IMG/VR virus record: IMGVR_UViG_3300004481_000261 | Location: 1-45,938 of that record | Origin: a virus | Reading direction: 5' to 3' (one strand) | DNA: 45,938 nt | In this document: piece after piece, positions 9,459-17,811 of the stretch | Layout: each line of letters begins with the position of its first letter | Position numbering within the stretch: position 1 is the first letter of the stretch | Made by a program: the position numbers and the translations under genes | The notes under the pieces: generated by a model | Database searches by the model: none | What the model saw: only the letters and a program-made list of their open reading frames with translations | What the model was told of the DNA's origin: nothing

Positions 9459-10493
9459 CTATTTGAAAAGAGGTTTGTTGTGAATTTTATTAAATTCTTC
9501 AAGACCTGATGCAAGTTTCATCATATGAGTTCCTTCACCTCTACTATTAAGTATGAGAGAATCATAACCTTTTTCTTTTAAACCTTTTGAGATAATAAGG
9601 TCCATCGCTGCATCAAACTTATTATTTGCTGATTCGTTAAGTACTGTTCGAGCTTGTTTTTCAGGTATTCCTGCTTCAAAAAGACTATCCATAATTTTCA
9701 GATCTATTTCCTTATCTGTGACATCGAAATTGTGAAAGACTGAAGTATATAGATCATCTGCAATATCTCGGATATTTGTAGGTAGTGCTTTATCATACCC
9801 ATTGTTAATTATAGAATACGAACCATCACTTAGTTCTGCATTTTCAATGATTAGAGGTTTCTTTGGTTTAAAGTTTTCTTCAAATGTCTTAGAACCACCG
9901 ATTGCATGAGGATTATCCTTTACTAGAGTTGAACCAGTCTTGTCAGTAAACCAAGTACCACCACGGGTTGAATCTGTATTTTTATTAAAGTCATCAGCGT
10001 GTCGTAACCAAGTTGAAGCAACATCTCCTGCTTCTTTAAGAATAGGTTTCACTGCTTTAGCCATTCCACCAACTCCAAAACTTAATGCTGCATTCTGCAT
10101 ACCCTCCGGTGTTGAGAGTGCTTCTTTACCGAATGGACCTTTCTCTACGTTCTGGTTAAACTCTTTCAGAGCTGCTCGATAAGTCTTAGGTGCTTCTTCA
10201 TCACGTAGTAGTTTTGGAATACCTCCTGCGATAAATGATTTAGCGAAGTCATTGGCATCTGTGGCTGCATGTTTGAGTAGTGAAAGAGATGCTTGAGCTT
10301 TTTCTTTTAGTTTCTTTTCCCCTGTAAGTATGTAGTTATTGAAATCTTTACTCGGTGATGGCATTCCTGTAGATAAAATAGAAGGTATCTTGGACTTAAA
10401 CTCTTTTTCTTGACGCTGTAAAATGGGAAGAACTTCTTTGTCATTCCCTAGCATTGGAGTAGTTGTTTCTGTTTTACCTAGTAGTTGTTCCAT
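9459..10493 (-). CDS. Hypothetical protein (344 aa), possible virion-borne effector
   Basis: Long ORF in the late block. The C-terminal half contains LRHADDF...GGTWFTD...KGYDSLIL. See findings. Confidence 0.45.
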   Translation of the reverse strand: MEQLLGKTETTTPMLGNDKEVLPILQRQEKEFKSKIPSILSTGMPSPSKDFNNYILTGEKKLKEKAQASLSLLKHAATDANDFAKSFIAGGIPKLLRDEEAPKTYRAALKEFNQNVEKGPFGKEALSTPEGMQNAALSFGVGGMAKAVKPILKEAGDVASTWLRHADDFNKNTDSTRGGTWFTDKTGSTLVKDNPHAIGGSKTFEENFKPKKPLIIENAELSDGSYSIINNGYDKALPTNIRDIADDLYTSVFHNFDVTDKEIDLKIMDSLFEAGIPEKQARTVLNESANNKFDAAMDLIISKGLKEKGYDSLILNSRGEGTHMMKLASGLEEFNKIHNKPLFK

Positions 10494-10857
10494 ATTTGTT
10501 CTTTGCTCTCTCTAAATACTCCTTGTAGTTACGTGGGAAGTTTCTTTCACTCTCATCGTAACCTAGTTTGAAAACCTTCTTGACGGGAACAATCTCCATC
10601 TTACCTCCTTTGTCGTTATGAAAATCAAGTGATGCTCCAGAGTTCTTAGTTTCGATTTGATGCATGTTCAATTCTGGTTTTTTCCCATGCATGTAGATTC
10701 CTGCTTTCTTAAGATGATATCGAATCGATGAGTGATGAACTTGGTAGATCTTTGTAATGGCTGAAATGCTTATTCCTCCAGCATATAACTGGACGATCAT
10801 ATCTCTCTGTTGAAAGTTTAATCTGTTCACCCAATAGCTCATAGTTTTAATCTTCAT
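10474..10857 (-). CDS. Helix-turn-helix DNA-binding protein
   Basis: QQRDMIVQLYAGGISISAITKIYQVHHSSIRYHLKKAGI is a resolvase/sigma-r4-like HTH. It could be a regulator or a small-terminase component. Confidence 0.5.
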   Translation of the reverse strand: MKIKTMSYWVNRLNFQQRDMIVQLYAGGISISAITKIYQVHHSSIRYHLKKAGIYMHGKKPELNMHQIETKNSGASLDFHNDKGGKMEIVPVKKVFKLGYDESERNFPRNYKEYLERAKNKYGTTTR

Positions 10858-11206
10858 CCTTATCTAGTTTGAGAATTAAGCCAGCGATACCTCCGATCTG
10901 TCCAGAATGTTCGATAGACTCTTTCGGTCGTCCCATAACATGTTCAGTGATGAACTTAGCTGCTGCAACATTGGGTCCTTCTTCTTGGTAGTAGTAGTCT
11001 CCTTTCTTTCGATCAAACTTTTCTGTTGTCACTCCAATCGCTGCATCTATCTGAGCTTCAAGTAACGGTTGAAACCTTTTATGTAGTGTTTCGACCATCA
11101 TCTGCTTCATCTGAGACGTAAGCAACGTATGGTTAGCAACCTTCCTACCTGCTCCCTTACGAGCTCCTCCTTTCTTAGTTGTAGACTTCTGTCGAATTTC
11201 AATCAT
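10847..11206 (-). CDS. Hypothetical basic-N-terminus protein (DNA-binding or small-terminase candidate)
   Basis: The N-terminus KKGGARKGAGRKV is a basic arm common in phage DNA-binding and TerS-like proteins. Evidence is weak. Confidence 0.3.
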   Translation of the reverse strand: MIEIRQKSTTKKGGARKGAGRKVANHTLLTSQMKQMMVETLHKRFQPLLEAQIDAAIGVTTEKFDRKKGDYYYQEEGPNVAAAKFITEHVMGRPKESIEHSGQIGGIAGLILKLDKDED

Positions 11207-11243
11207 TCAATGTGTACAAGATAGAGATGTGTTATGTAGTACT

Positions 11244-11393
11244 CTATTTGATTATTGGCTTTGTTACCTTTTTCTCGTGTTCCCATTCTGCCTCTATGCA
11301 TAGACCACAGACCCATTGATGAAACTTGCTTCTATATTCTGCTATCATTTCCTTCTTGCAGAGAGCACACTTGTTTCTCTTTGAGTCTGGCAT
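11244..11393 (-). CDS. Small zinc-ribbon protein (49 aa, below the ORF-track cutoff)
   Basis: My translation is MPDSKRNKCALCKKEMIAEYRSKFHQWVCGLCIEAEWEHEKKVTKPIIK, with paired CxxC motifs. Confidence 0.4.
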   Translation of the reverse strand: MPDSKRNKCALCKKEMIAEYRSKFHQWVCGLCIEAEWEHEKKVTKPIIK

Positions 11394-11443
11394 AGTTTAG
11401 CACTTGTGTCCTGTCTTTTTTACTTTACCACAGTTCTTGCATT

Positions 11444-11695
11444 TCATATAAATTGGATTTGCTTTTTACCGCATCTGCAGAGTAGAGTTCTCATTACGCC
11501 GCTCAAATAGCTAGGAACTTCCTCTACGATGATGTAAATATGCTTAGACTTGTTAATCTTACAAACTCGTTTCTTCTTTGTTCTTGGAGCTTGTATTAGT
11601 TTATCTTCGAGGAAGTTGTTTATCTTTCCTCTAACGAATCGATAACTATTATGAGACCAAGCTCTCTTCTGTATCTTTTTATCGAATGAAGTCAT
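11444..11695 (-). CDS. Hypothetical basic protein (83 aa)
   Basis: First ORF after the 11789-11855 terminator on the minus strand. Lys/Arg-rich. Confidence 0.45.
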   Translation of the reverse strand: MTSFDKKIQKRAWSHNSYRFVRGKINNFLEDKLIQAPRTKKKRVCKINKSKHIYIIVEEVPSYLSGVMRTLLCRCGKKQIQFI

Positions 11696-11788
11696 AATCT
11701 AAATAACGAGCGAATTACTTCTTACCCTTTCCCGTAGGAAACCAGAGAATTATCAGCACTCTGTAAGAACTATTGTTTACACCCTAAA

Positions 11789-11855
11789 CCCTCCAATGAA
11801 AAGGAGGGAAAACAAAAAATTGAGCTCCACTGAACACCCGAAAAATTCAGTAGAG
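11789..11855 (-). terminator. Tandem-hairpin terminator ending the replication operon
   Basis: On the minus strand, CTCTACTGAA/TTCAGTGGAG forms a hairpin (11825-11855) followed by CTCAATTTTTTGTTTT. A second hairpin, CCCTCC-loop-GGAGGG, follows at 11789-11808. Confidence 0.55.
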
Positions 11856-11930
11856 GGTTCAGGATGTAACTAAAATAATTCTATCACGTCTGCAGAAAAA
11901 TGTCTGACTCTCACGGTTTCTAGTGATTCA

Positions 11931-12248
11931 TCACAAAAGATCGTCGATACCCTTAGGGAATTGAGTTTGTTTGTATTTTACTTTGTTTTTGAACTCTCCT
12001 CCAGTCTCATAGATCTTTGGTTCTATTCTCGTAAACTTAATCTCTTTTGGTTCTGTATTTTTAAGTTTCAGAACCATCTCATCTTTTTCTTTATTCATCT
12101 CTTCGAAGAACTCGTATTGACTTTCTAGGAGTCTAAGAGCTTCCTCATTCTTTTCTTTGGCCATTGTTCTAGCAATAACCATCATCACTTCGATGTTCTT
12201 AGACTTATCATCAAGTATTCTTTTAATTTTTCCTGAGTTGTGTAGCAT
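11931..12248 (-). CDS. Hypothetical protein (105 aa)
   Basis: ORF directly downstream of the helicase gene. E/K-rich and probably helical. Confidence 0.5.
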   Translation of the reverse strand: MLHNSGKIKRILDDKSKNIEVMMVIARTMAKEKNEEALRLLESQYEFFEEMNKEKDEMVLKLKNTEPKEIKFTRIEPKIYETGGEFKNKVKYKQTQFPKGIDDLL

Positions 12249-12249
12249 A

Positions 12250-13152
12250 CTAGAATGTTATGTTCTCCTCGGCTTCGATATGTTGTACGGTCCAATCCTT
12301 TTCGTAGAACTTTCCATTATCGAATGTCATCTTAATATTTCCTGTAGTTCCGGTTCTTCGGTTTGCTTGGATTGAAACGTTAAGGTTGTTTGAGATTTCT
12401 ACAACGCCTGAGACTTTTCTCATCTCTCTCCAGAGAAGGATTACGGTATCAGATTCCTGAGCGATTGCTGCAGTTCCTCGGATATCCTCTAACGTTGGTT
12501 GATTTTCCATCTTAGTCTTTACAAGGTGACAGATAACGAAAATGACTACATTCCATTTCTTTGCTAAACCCTTAAGCTCTCTCATAGCTTGACCCATACG
12601 AAGGGAATGGTTATCAGTCCCGTAGGGAACAACGAAGTCTAGATGGTCGATGATAATTACTTTCGAATTGTATTTTGCTATAGACTCTACGACTTTACTT
12701 TCTATCCAATCCATCGTTACAGCTTTTAGCGTGAGTGGTGTGAAGAAATGCGGAGGTTCGAGTCCACGTTCTAGATACTTACGAATAAGTTCTTCAGCAG
12801 ATTCCTCGAAAGGAAACCACGTAGGGTTATATTCTTTGATTCGATCGGTTAAGTCTAACATGAAAGAAGTTTTACCGCTTTTAGTTGCAGCGGTTATCGT
12901 AACAACCTGTTGTCTACGGAAACCTTTTAGAATGTTATCTATACCAGACCAACCAGTTAAGATCTTTTCTTCTTCTTTTTCATTACGGATTCTTTTAACG
13001 ATTTCATCTGAAGAAACCATCTCGTCAGAACCAGTATATGTTTTCGCAATAGTCTTAAGACGATCAAGACCTTCTTCTAACTCAATACCGGAATAAGTAT
13101 TCTGAAGTTCAGCTTGTAGATTTTTGAGGAGGATGTCTGTATCGTATTTCAT
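12250..13152 (-). CDS. DnaB-like replicative helicase (RecA-fold C-terminal domain)
   Basis: Walker A is ITAATKSGKTSF and Walker B is VIIIDHLD. I moved the start to the ATG at 13152, which forms an ATGA overlap with the upstream stop. The track ORF extends to 13197. Confidence 0.75.
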   Translation of the reverse strand: MKYDTDILLKNLQAELQNTYSGIELEEGLDRLKTIAKTYTGSDEMVSSDEIVKRIRNEKEEEKILTGWSGIDNILKGFRRQQVVTITAATKSGKTSFMLDLTDRIKEYNPTWFPFEESAEELIRKYLERGLEPPHFFTPLTLKAVTMDWIESKVVESIAKYNSKVIIIDHLDFVVPYGTDNHSLRMGQAMRELKGLAKKWNVVIFVICHLVKTKMENQPTLEDIRGTAAIAQESDTVILLWREMRKVSGVVEISNNLNVSIQANRRTGTTGNIKMTFDNGKFYEKDWTVQHIEAEENITF

Positions 13153-13907
13153 AGATTTGCTCCAGTTAAGACTTTCTTGACCGTATCGAGAGTCCAATCG
13201 ATGTCGTTATATTTATCTTTGCAGTAGTTCAGAGCATTGTTGACTTTATCTTTTTCAAATTTCGTAACGTCGGTCGCGGCGCGCAGGTGCCTTTTGATGG
13301 CGACGCCAATTTCTCCCTTAGAGGAAAAAGTTAAACCACGTCTTGTAAAATAAACAGCAATGAGTCTCATTCGAGCGTCTTCGCTCTTTCTCATCTCCTT
13401 GAGATATTCCTCATAGGAAAAAGGAGTATCGTCTTCTACTTTTTTCTTTCTTGTCTTTTTTACTAGAGGTTCAGAGCTCTGCTCTGTATCCATAGGTTTA
13501 AGTTTAAGTTTAAGTTTAAGTTTAAGTAGAGCTGGCTGCACCAGGCTGTACCCAGACTGTACCAGTTCATCTAAAACGCTAATAGGGATCGCATTTAAGC
13601 CTCTCTCAACACCTTTACTCACACTTGGGTTATTTGCTTGGTGTTTTGCGAAGTTTTGTATCGCAACCCAACCTTTTCGATAAAAAACCTTTTTGTCCTT
13701 CTCAAATCTTGCGATAATTTTTAGTACCATTTCTCGGTCAATTCCCGTTTCTAGAGCTATATGTTTTAGAGGAATTTCATAGATTCCACAGATCTCAGTG
13801 TATGGGTTTGTCAGAAAATATAAGAAGAGAAGTTTCTCAATAGGGTCGAGGTTGGCTGAATAGTCATCTATCCAAAACTTCGTATTGATAATTCGCTGTT
13901 TTGACAT
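13149..13907 (-). CDS. Replication initiator / replisome-organizer-like protein
   Basis: The N-terminus FWIDDYSANLDPIEKLLFLYFLTNPYTEICGIYEIPLKHIALETGI resembles the winged-helix N-domain of phage DnaD/replisome organizers. It is the first gene of the leftward arm, upstream of the helicase. Confidence 0.5.
   Translation of the reverse strand: MSKQRIINTKFWIDDYSANLDPIEKLLFLYFLTNPYTEICGIYEIPLKHIALETGIDREMVLKIIARFEKDKKVFYRKGWVAIQNFAKHQANNPSVSKGVERGLNAIPISVLDELVQSGYSLVQPALLKLKLKLKLKPMDTEQSSEPLVKKTRKKKVEDDTPFSYEEYLKEMRKSEDARMRLIAVYFTRRGLTFSSKGEIGVAIKRHLRAATDVTKFEKDKVNNALNYCKDKYNDIDWTLDTVKKVLTGANL
13497..13526. repeat. Perfect hexanucleotide tandem repeat (TTTAAG)x5 inside the initiator gene
   Basis: Read directly. 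It encodes (LK)5 in the linker ...PALLKLKLKLKLKPMD... Confidence 0.95.
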
Positions 13908-14619
13908 AGTCGTATTTCGTTAATTGATAATACGCCAATAGCTAGTCCTTCAGTTTATCCCAGTCACCCCCTTGCAAGTGATGACCAGAATAAAATGTGC
14001 AAGAGTATTTATTAGCTAAAAAGAGTATACCATATTTTTGAGATTTTGTAAACTGACGTAGTGTACAATATAAGTAGAGTATGGTAATGTATGTATAAAT
14101 ATGAACAAGTTGCCTAGAAATACTATAACATAAAATAAGTTATTTGTAAAATAGAAATTGTATCGTAGTTCTATTACATTTTTTAGAGTTTACAACATTA
14201 CAATACAAAATAAGATCTGTGTACATTGTACAAATAAGAATAAATATGGTAGTATATCTAGGTAGGTGAGAGGAAGTACGAATCCAATAAAGTAATTATA
14301 TTTTTTGAAGGGTCATTCTACTTAATCTTCTCACCTATAACCGATTGTTTTTTAATAAAACTCAAGCGTTCTCTATCAACGTAAACAAGGTAGATTGGTT
14401 CACCAACTGTGGGTCTCTTCGGGGACCTACTGATTGGTGAATCAAGGAGCTCTTTAATAACTAATTATTCCCAGTACTCGGGGTTTATGTGAAAGGCGAA
14501 CTGTGTAAACTACCGGCTAGACTCTACTCTATTTTATAGTATGAAATAATGGCAAAAGGTGCCACATCAGCATAATCACCTAATGAACCTCGAACACTGG
14601 GAATAAAAACAAAAATATC
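13908..14619. promoter_or_regulatory. AT-rich divergent control region (probable early promoters and/or replication origin)
   Basis: The largest non-coding stretch, lying between divergent arms. It contains TGTACA motifs, one TATTTTTG (TAnnTTTG) box at 14033-14040, and two long hairpins. Confidence 0.5.
14398..14440 (+). other. Stable two-tier hairpin capped by a C(UUCG)G tetraloop
   Basis: The sequence is TTCACCAA-ct-GTGGGTCTC-TTCG-GGGACCTAC-tga-TTGGTGAA. This gives a 9-bp inner stem (two G:U pairs) and an 8-bp outer stem. Confidence 0.5.
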
Positions 14620-14742
14620 ATGATGAATGAAAATAACGAAGAAGTAATTAGTCCTCGTGCTGAAGATGCAGTTGCAACACCTGAAGAAATTGATGAGGTT
14701 GTAGAAACTGTAGTTGATGAGGAAGAAGTAATTGAAGACTAA
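14620..14742 (+). CDS. Small highly acidic protein (40 aa, below the ORF-track cutoff)
   Basis: My translation is MMNENNEEVISPRAEDAVATPEEIDEVVETVVDEEEVIED, with 16 of 40 residues D/E and one basic. It is the first ORF of the rightward arm. Confidence 0.4.
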   Translation: MMNENNEEVISPRAEDAVATPEEIDEVVETVVDEEEVIED

Positions 14743-14839
14743 TGCAAGTCCTATGGGAGATACCGAAAATCTTTCTATGGATTCTATTTGTAATAGGATA
14801 TAAGATCTTTGAACTAATAAACAAAAAATTGTTAAAAAA

Positions 14840-15250
14840 ATGAGACCCTTAAAATATAATTTCATTCCAGAGCATCAACTCAATAATTTTGATGATAGTG
14901 CTTCAGGAATTGAAGTGACAATCACGAAGCAAGCCTGTATTTACTTCAGTACTTTCGTTATAGGTCTCTATGAGATGAAAGGAAAGTATGTAAGAATCTT
15001 TGCAGATATTCCAAACAAATCTATCTCTTGGAGAGAGGTGAAAGGAGGCAATCTTGACTCAATTAAAAACATTCGAAAAATAACAGTGAATACTCAGGGA
15101 ACTGCAGTTCTATCGGTTAAGAAGATTCTAGAAAAGATGGAACTTAATCTTAAAGATCTGCCATTCAAAAGAGTTCCTGTTACGAAATACCAGGGTGCAT
15201 TAGACGAGGAACCCTATTACGTAATTGACTTAAGAAACTATGGTAAGTAA
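14840..15250 (+). CDS. Hypothetical early protein (136 aa)
   Basis: ORF at the head of the rightward operon. No motif recognised. Confidence 0.5.
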   Translation: MRPLKYNFIPEHQLNNFDDSASGIEVTITKQACIYFSTFVIGLYEMKGKYVRIFADIPNKSISWREVKGGNLDSIKNIRKITVNTQGTAVLSVKKILEKMELNLKDLPFKRVPVTKYQGALDEEPYYVIDLRNYGK

Positions 15251-15899
15251 AAAACAAGAAACATTGAGTAGTTTATCAGGACTCGAACAAGCTTTTTATG
15301 ATGCAAATGGGAAACCAGTCATCTTAAAAAACTTGCTCACTACAGACGATTGGTGGGAATTAAAAAACAGAAAAGGTTCTAAGATTATTCTTAACCACGA
15401 CGCAGTAAAAAAGATTGCAGATAAAGCTGGTATTAAAACAAACCCACAGTATACAGTTCTTACACAACCCAAGTTTGATAACAACTACCAGTACCTGATG
15501 CAAGTCGAGATCTGCGATTCTAAGGGTCGATGTACTACCGAAATGGGGGAATCTAACAGAAGCAATTTATCTGCTAGAGGACGAGGAAATCCTGCGAATA
15601 TGGCTCAAAAAAGAGCATACGATAGAGCAGTTTTCCGACACTTAGGTATTACCGGACTCTTAGGGGAAGATGAGTTAGAAGATATTGAAGTCCCTAAAGA
15701 ATCAATGAACAGACTCACTGAAGAAGAACAGCAGCAAATTGTAATCTATGTCAATGAACTTCTTCTAGTAAAAAAGAAACCAGATCTGACTGCATTTGCA
15801 GCAAAAATGAAAAAGGGCACAATGCTCAACGACAACCAGTTAGAGTATCTAAGAAAACTATATAAGAAAAAATTAGCAGAGGTAAGTTCATCATTCTAA
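15240..15899 (+). CDS. Putative single-strand annealing / recombination protein
   Basis: It sits immediately upstream of the exonuclease and SSB genes. The segment NPANMAQKRAYDRAVFRHLGI resembles the conserved helix of ERF/Rad52-like annealing proteins. Evidence is weak. Confidence 0.35.
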   Translation: MVSKKQETLSSLSGLEQAFYDANGKPVILKNLLTTDDWWELKNRKGSKIILNHDAVKKIADKAGIKTNPQYTVLTQPKFDNNYQYLMQVEICDSKGRCTTEMGESNRSNLSARGRGNPANMAQKRAYDRAVFRHLGITGLLGEDELEDIEVPKESMNRLTEEEQQQIVIYVNELLLVKKKPDLTAFAAKMKKGTMLNDNQLEYLRKLYKKKLAEVSSSF

Positions 15900-15902
15900 T
15901 CT

Positions 15903-16745
15903 ATGTCATCAATCGGTATCAACAGAATAACACCATCGATGATACAGGAGTATGAGAACTGTCCTAAGCTTTTTTACTATAGAAGTTTTCTAGGTTTAAA
16001 GTTACCACAACCTCAGATGCACTTTGCTTTCGGTAATGCTATTCACTTAGCTATCGGAAACATCTACGATCAGATGGACAAGGAAACTTTGTGGCAACTT
16101 GCTGAGGTTAAGATCGTGAAAGATATTTTCTTAAAAGAATTTCGTCTTGAACACCTAGATGCTGATGCATTTGTTACCGAAGAAGAAAGAGTAGCAAAGT
16201 TTGAAGAAATGAGAGATGATGGTTTACTTATCATCAAAAGTTATTGGGAAATGAAGGAAGATCTTTATGCGACCCATGACATCAATCCTACTCAATTTGA
16301 GTTGCCTGTCAAGATTCCTATAGTGAACCCAATGACAGGTAAAGCTTTAGAGATTCCAATGTCTTGCAGATTGGATGCACTAAATTACAATGAAGGTATC
16401 GTTGAATTGAAGACAAGTAAACCAAAGTACGACGAGGTAGAAACACGAAACTTACCTCAAGCCCTTTCATACATACTTGTTCGTTATCTACAGACTGGAA
16501 AAATTCCACCTTGGTTAACTTACATTGTTATGAGAAAAGGTTTGAGTGCTAAAAGTAAAGAAAGAATACAGGTTCTAAAATACTACTATGAAGAAGCTGA
16601 TGTATTGGCATTCATAGCAAGAATCGAATCAGTGTTAGAGCAAATTAGAGCAAGACAGTTTGATCGACCTATGATTGGTCATCCTCAATTCTGTGACTGC
16701 TCGAAGTTTGAAAGAGAATTAGACGTGACATTATACAATAACTAA
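15903..16745 (+). CDS. PD-(D/E)XK exonuclease (Cas4/RecB-like)
   Basis: The N-terminus ITPSMIQEYENCPKLFYY is Cas4-family-like. The core RLDAL...VELKTSK provides D...ExK. C-terminal cysteines occur in QFCDC. Confidence 0.6.
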   Translation: MSSIGINRITPSMIQEYENCPKLFYYRSFLGLKLPQPQMHFAFGNAIHLAIGNIYDQMDKETLWQLAEVKIVKDIFLKEFRLEHLDADAFVTEEERVAKFEEMRDDGLLIIKSYWEMKEDLYATHDINPTQFELPVKIPIVNPMTGKALEIPMSCRLDALNYNEGIVELKTSKPKYDEVETRNLPQALSYILVRYLQTGKIPPWLTYIVMRKGLSAKSKERIQVLKYYYEEADVLAFIARIESVLEQIRARQFDRPMIGHPQFCDCSKFERELDVTLYNN

Positions 16746-16749
16746 AACT

Positions 16750-17178
16750 ATGAAATATAACGTAACAGGTGTAAAGGTGACTCCAATGACAAAGAAGGAC
16801 GGAATGGGAACTTGGAATAAGATTCAGTTGAAGACACGGGAGACAGGTGAAACTGTTCTCGATCTTGGTTTCTCTGTTTCTAAGTCAGTTCGAGATACTA
16901 TTGCAATCGGTTCAGTAATCGTTGGACGTGTAGAGCAAAAGACTTGGAATAGTAATGGAAAAAGTGGAGTCAATATGGTTCTTGAAGGAATTACTGCAGA
17001 GTATGTTTATGACTTGCTTCTTAAGCAGTTTCCAAACATCGAAGGTGGTGCACCAGCAGTCAAGAATGATGGATTCGGTCAGCCAGCAGCAATGCCAGTC
17101 GCTGATAGTTTCTCATCGACACCGATGCCAACGGTTCAATTGAGTGACGATATTAACCCTGACGATATTCCTTTTTAG
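16750..17178 (+). CDS. ssb: Single-stranded DNA-binding protein
   Basis: The C-terminal acidic tail ...DDINPDDIPF is the canonical SSB tip. A Gly/Pro/Ala-rich linker follows a beta-rich N-domain of about 100 aa. Confidence 0.65.
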   Translation: MKYNVTGVKVTPMTKKDGMGTWNKIQLKTRETGETVLDLGFSVSKSVRDTIAIGSVIVGRVEQKTWNSNGKSGVNMVLEGITAEYVYDLLLKQFPNIEGGAPAVKNDGFGQPAAMPVADSFSSTPMPTVQLSDDINPDDIPF

Positions 17179-17181
17179 CTT

Positions 17182-17595
17182 ATGATGATACTTCCGATGC
17201 AGTATGACAGACATTCTGGACCGGATGCTGTCGGTAGTCATAAATTAACATTCTCAATAGATGAAAGTGTTGGTCTAGATGGGTTCAATCCGATGGAAAT
17301 TAAAAAAGGTACTCAATTCATTGTTACCCTAATTGAAGCGGATTCAAAAGAAGCAGAAGAATTTAGGTCAGAAACTCCAGAAGAAAGCAAAGAGAGATTC
17401 CGTAGACGAATGAACTCTCTCATAAATAAATATGCAGATCTTGGAGTTTCACGTGAGGAGTTCAAGGAGGTTTTGAAAGAAAAAGGTTTGATTGTCGAAT
17501 CAACAAAAGAATTAGACCTTGCAGGATACGCACGAGTGATAGCATTACTCAATGAAAAAATATATGAACGAGAAAAAGATACCGGAAGCAGATAA
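17182..17595 (+). CDS. Hypothetical protein (137 aa)
   Basis: Co-oriented ORF with an E/K-rich helical C-terminal half. Confidence 0.5.
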   Translation: MMILPMQYDRHSGPDAVGSHKLTFSIDESVGLDGFNPMEIKKGTQFIVTLIEADSKEAEEFRSETPEESKERFRRRMNSLINKYADLGVSREEFKEVLKEKGLIVESTKELDLAGYARVIALLNEKIYEREKDTGSR

Positions 17596-17809
17596 ATACT
17601 ATAGTCCAACTTCTATTATCCGTGAAGGATTCTTAGGAGACTGGATGAAGTCAAAGAAAACATTTGTCGATATGTTGAGGACAGAACGAGCAATCGAAGT
17701 CTTTAAACCAATCATTAAAGTTGGTCCAAAGAATACTCAATACTTCATAAAAGGACAAACACTTCTTGATATTCTAGCAGATATCGACGCAGGTACCCTA
17801 AGACTATAA
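17552..17809 (+). CDS. Hypothetical protein (85 aa; alternative start 17564)
   Basis: ORF overlapping the previous gene. No motif recognised. Confidence 0.4.
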   Translation: MKKYMNEKKIPEADKYYSPTSIIREGFLGDWMKSKKTFVDMLRTERAIEVFKPIIKVGPKNTQYFIKGQTLLDILADIDAGTLRL

Positions 17810-17811
17810 TT

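Noticed and set aside
11400-11447. 15-aa Cys-containing micro-ORF (MKCKNCGKVKKTGHKC) between 11444-11695 and the 49-aa zinc-ribbon ORF
   Set aside because: It is too short to support from sequence alone.
13153-13197. Upstream start (13197) for the helicase ORF
   Set aside because: The ATG at 13152 forms an ATGA overlap with the stop of the initiator gene. The longer version would overlap the initiator gene by 49 nt.
14524-14865. 113-aa minus-strand ORF in the control region
   Set aside because: The sequence is low-complexity and hydrophobic (F/I/L/Y-rich), as expected from AT-rich DNA. It runs antisense to the acidic mini-ORF and overlaps the start of the first early gene. It is probably not a gene.
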